Below, in pieces: positions 61,281 through 64,000 of a stretch of DNA of 64,000 bases. This DNA comes from Zancudomyces culisetae HAW-14-8 (taxonomy: Eukaryota > Fungi > Kickxellomycota): contig JBNJNM010000023.1 of the NCBI GenBank assembly GCA_052426225.1, positions 186,001-250,000 on the forward strand, in the 5' to 3' direction. Numbering within the stretch: position 1 is the stretch's first letter; each line of letters opens with the position of its first letter. The notes under the pieces are model-generated. The model had not been told where the DNA came from. It ran no database searches and saw only the letters and a program-made list of their open reading frames with translations. The translations under genes were made by a program, and so were the position numbers.

Positions 61281-61805
61281 ATGCTTATCCCACAACAAAA
61301 CAGAAAACTAATATACGAGGCTCTTTTCAACGAGGGTGTCATGGTAGCCAAGAAGGACTTCAACGCTCCAAAACACAGCGAGTTGATGGTTCCAAACCTG
61401 CAAGTGATCAAAGCTTTGCAATCCTTGAACTCACGTGGATATGTTAAGACTCAATTCTCATGGCAATACTATTACTACACCTTGACAGACGAGGGAATTG
61501 AATACTTGAGAGAATACTTGCACTTGCCAGCCGAGATTGTTCCAGCAACATTCAAGAAACCAGTCAGAGCTCAACCAACCAGCTCACGCTTTGGACGTCA
61601 AGGTAAGTTTGCTTAATACATGATAGAATAAACGAGTGCGGTGTTAAAACTAGAATTGAACTATAAAATAGAGAGAGACGGAGAATACCCAAGACGCGAT
61701 CGCGATGAGTACCGTCGCAGAGACGACAGAAAGGAGGGTGCTTCAGGAGACTTCAAGCCTGAATTTAGAGGAGGAGCAGGACGAGGCCGCCCACAACCTA
61801 GATAA
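61281..61805 (+). CDS. RPS10: 40S ribosomal protein S10 (eS10); exons 61281-61602, 61672-61805
   Basis: [48 protein letters not shown]. Intron GTAAGT(61603)..TAG(61671) leads to [24 protein letters not shown]. Confidence 0.97.
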
Positions 61806-62854
61806 ATCAGGATATACTTTTAAAACTGTCTTTTTTTTCCCGGCTTGTCATTAAATATCTGAATAATTAATATACTCCATATTATGTTCCTTTTTTAAGT
61901 GAATAAAACAATTTTACTGTAACGCGTGAGATTTTAATTCAATAACTACTCGTTTGGCATATCTTTGGGTTGTACAATTAAAACGTTTTTTTTGCTGTGT
62001 TTATAATTGGAAACAAAAAGGGAAATAATATAATGAACTGGCGGGTGAGAGATACCGTCCGAGCAAACATCTGCTATGGGGGGGCTATACCATAGTATAT
62101 ACCACACATCCGAATGTTGGAATGGGTTTCATCTCTTTATTGCTGTTCCCCATACCTCAAAGGATGCATTCAACACTGACTATGGCGTGGTATGTGATAA
62201 AGCTCAAGTGGACGTTCTCTTTATGCGAGGGCCAAGTGAAAGAGCAGGTCAGCACCCAGTGCTCTTGAAGTGTAAATATGGTGTTGAGCTGTCTTTATGG
62301 CATGCCTGCCTAAGAAAAAAAATATAGAATGGTGTGGCTAATGTATGCATTGTTATGTTGACCCTACTTTGCTTTACTTTATTTTACCATACCATGCCAT
62401 GCCATACCTTACCGTTTCTTTTTTTCTTTTATCCACTCAGCTTTATCACAAGATTAAAAATAGGCTTACGATTATTTTTTCTTCCAATATCCAACTCTTC
62501 AAACCCCCTCAAAACGTTCGAACAGACTTATCAACCAACGAAAACGAGTTTTCCCAGGTTGATCCCAATACGCAGCAACAATTGAATATTTGCGTTTTTT
62601 ACTTTTCATTTATTTGTTTTATTTTATGTTTATTTATTAGTCGCAAAACCCACAACCATCTTTGTAAAAATTTGTTACCAAGGCGTGATTATAAAATACA
62701 TCAATTTTAGGATTGTTGATGACTAATTGTTATTTCTCACACTCGAATTAAAATTTTTTACACTGATGAAAGTATATAAAATGGGACTATGGACGTATTT
62801 TGGACATAGTTTGCTTGATATCTGTAAAATACTGAGGGAGATCTAATATCAGAG

Positions 62855-64000
62855 ATGGCTAAGGATGATAATGTAATACGAGACGAAGTTCCTCTTCAAA
62901 CTTCAAACGATTTGACTGCCAATCCCACACCCACTCATTCTGAGAAGGAGGTACCAGAATATGAACCTGAAATCGAACCTGACACAGGCTATGCTTGGAT
63001 AATTTTGATTGCCGGGTTTTTAAACTTCATGTTAAACTTCGGCATGTTTCAGGCCTTTGGTGTATTTCAAACATACTTTTTGAAGACAATGTTTTTGCAT
63101 GAAAAGGCAGAAAAGATATCCTGGATAGGTACAGCGGCAACCGCAACCAGTTTAACTTTTGGTGTGTTTGCAGGACCAATATACAACAAAATCGGACTAA
63201 GATACACTCTGCTTGGGGTCGGAACACTTACATGTCTTGGATTAGTGATTTCAGGGTTTTGTACAGAAATCTGGCAGCTCATAGTGGCACAGGGGTTGAT
63301 GACAGGTATCGGAGCAAGTATAGTGATTAACGTCAGTCTGACGGTTGTATCTAGTTGGTTTGTAAAAAAACGGGCATTCGCACTCAGTATAATGTCGGCT
63401 GCTGGTGGTGTTGGTGGTGGTATGTTAGTACCAATTGTTTCTGCATCAATTTCTGGGCTGGGTATCAAGTGGGCATTTATTATTTTGGGGCTAATAAATG
63501 CCACAACTACAATCATAGGTACTATGATTATGCGACTGCGTTCCGATAAATTCAAACCCTCAAAGAAAATAATAAACTTTAAACTACTCAAAGATTCGTT
63601 CTTTATCCCAATGTCGCTTGCGTGTATGTTTATGAACAGTGGTCAGTATGCTACGATACTGTATTACCCGGCCAGTGTAATCGATTTAGGCTATTCGAAC
63701 TCACTAGGATACTATACAGTACTGATTTACTGTGCTTGCGTTACCGTTTTTCGGTTATTTATGTCGGTGGTTTTAGATCGGGTGAGCCCGGTGCCTTTTA
63801 CTATAGCTGCACAGACTATAAGTACTTTGAGTATAATGGCACTATGGTATCCGAGTAAATCCCTGGTTGTACACATAATTTTCTATATTTTATTCAGTCT
63901 TACCTCATCTACAATTTATGGTGTAAGCACAGTTGTTAATGCCATGTACTTCAAGCCCGAAAATGTAGGACAAGCAAACGGTCTGTCATACTTATTTTAT
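62855..64000 (+). CDS. MFS transporter, monocarboxylate porter (MCT/Mch-like) family; truncated by the window end
   Basis: Frame from ATG 62855, missing from the ORF track because it has no stop in the window: PDTGYAWIIL.AGFL.F..NFG...AFGVFQTY, ISWIGT, QGLMTGIG, WFVKKRAFA. Confidence 0.9.
   Translation, partial: MAKDDNVIRDEVPLQTSNDLTANPTPTHSEKEVPEYEPEIEPDTGYAWIILIAGFLNFMLNFGMFQAFGVFQTYFLKTMFLHEKAEKISWIGTAATATSLTFGVFAGPIYNKIGLRYTLLGVGTLTCLGLVISGFCTEIWQLIVAQGLMTGIGASIVINVSLTVVSSWFVKKRAFALSIMSAAGGVGGGMLVPIVSASISGLGIKWAFIILGLINATTTIIGTMIMRLRSDKFKPSKKIINFKLLKDSFFIPMSLACMFMNSGQYATILYYPASVIDLGYSNSLGYYTVLIYCACVTVFRLFMSVVLDRVSPVPFTIAAQTISTLSIMALWYPSKSLVVHIIFYILFSLTSSTIYGVSTVVNAMYFKPENVGQANGLSYLFY

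Overview
AT-rich eukaryotic (fungal) DNA with short GT-AG spliceosomal introns. Gene content and style suggest an early-diverging fungus, plausibly an insect-gut Harpellales species (inference only). Housekeeping and regulatory genes: PRM1, a secreted thioredoxin-fold protein, a DEK-C/SWIB (UAF30-like) protein, EGD1, mitochondrial thioredoxin, an NDT80-family transcription factor with extreme low-complexity tracts, a FLX1/SLC25A32-type carrier, MTHFR (MET13), NFU1, a Ran1/Pat1-family kinase, a GH17 glucanase, RPS10 and a partial MCT-type MFS transporter. An ~18 kb accessory block (28.6-46.5 kb, all minus strand, no introns evident) holds three mosaic paralogues of a large F-box-like + ankyrin-repeat protein, one decaying. 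Interleaved with them are a catalytically dead, probably GPI-anchored trypsin homologue, a 34-Cys long metallothionein and a possible D5-primase-like relic. Other signals: symmetric G-rich to C-rich strand-skew flips centred inside NDT80 and MTHFR that reshape their proteins, a spliced ORF-less structured transcript candidate near 7.6-8.2 kb, and Merlin/ISXO2-like transposase relics. No tRNA, rRNA or CRISPR array was recognised. All calls are by eye, without database searches.
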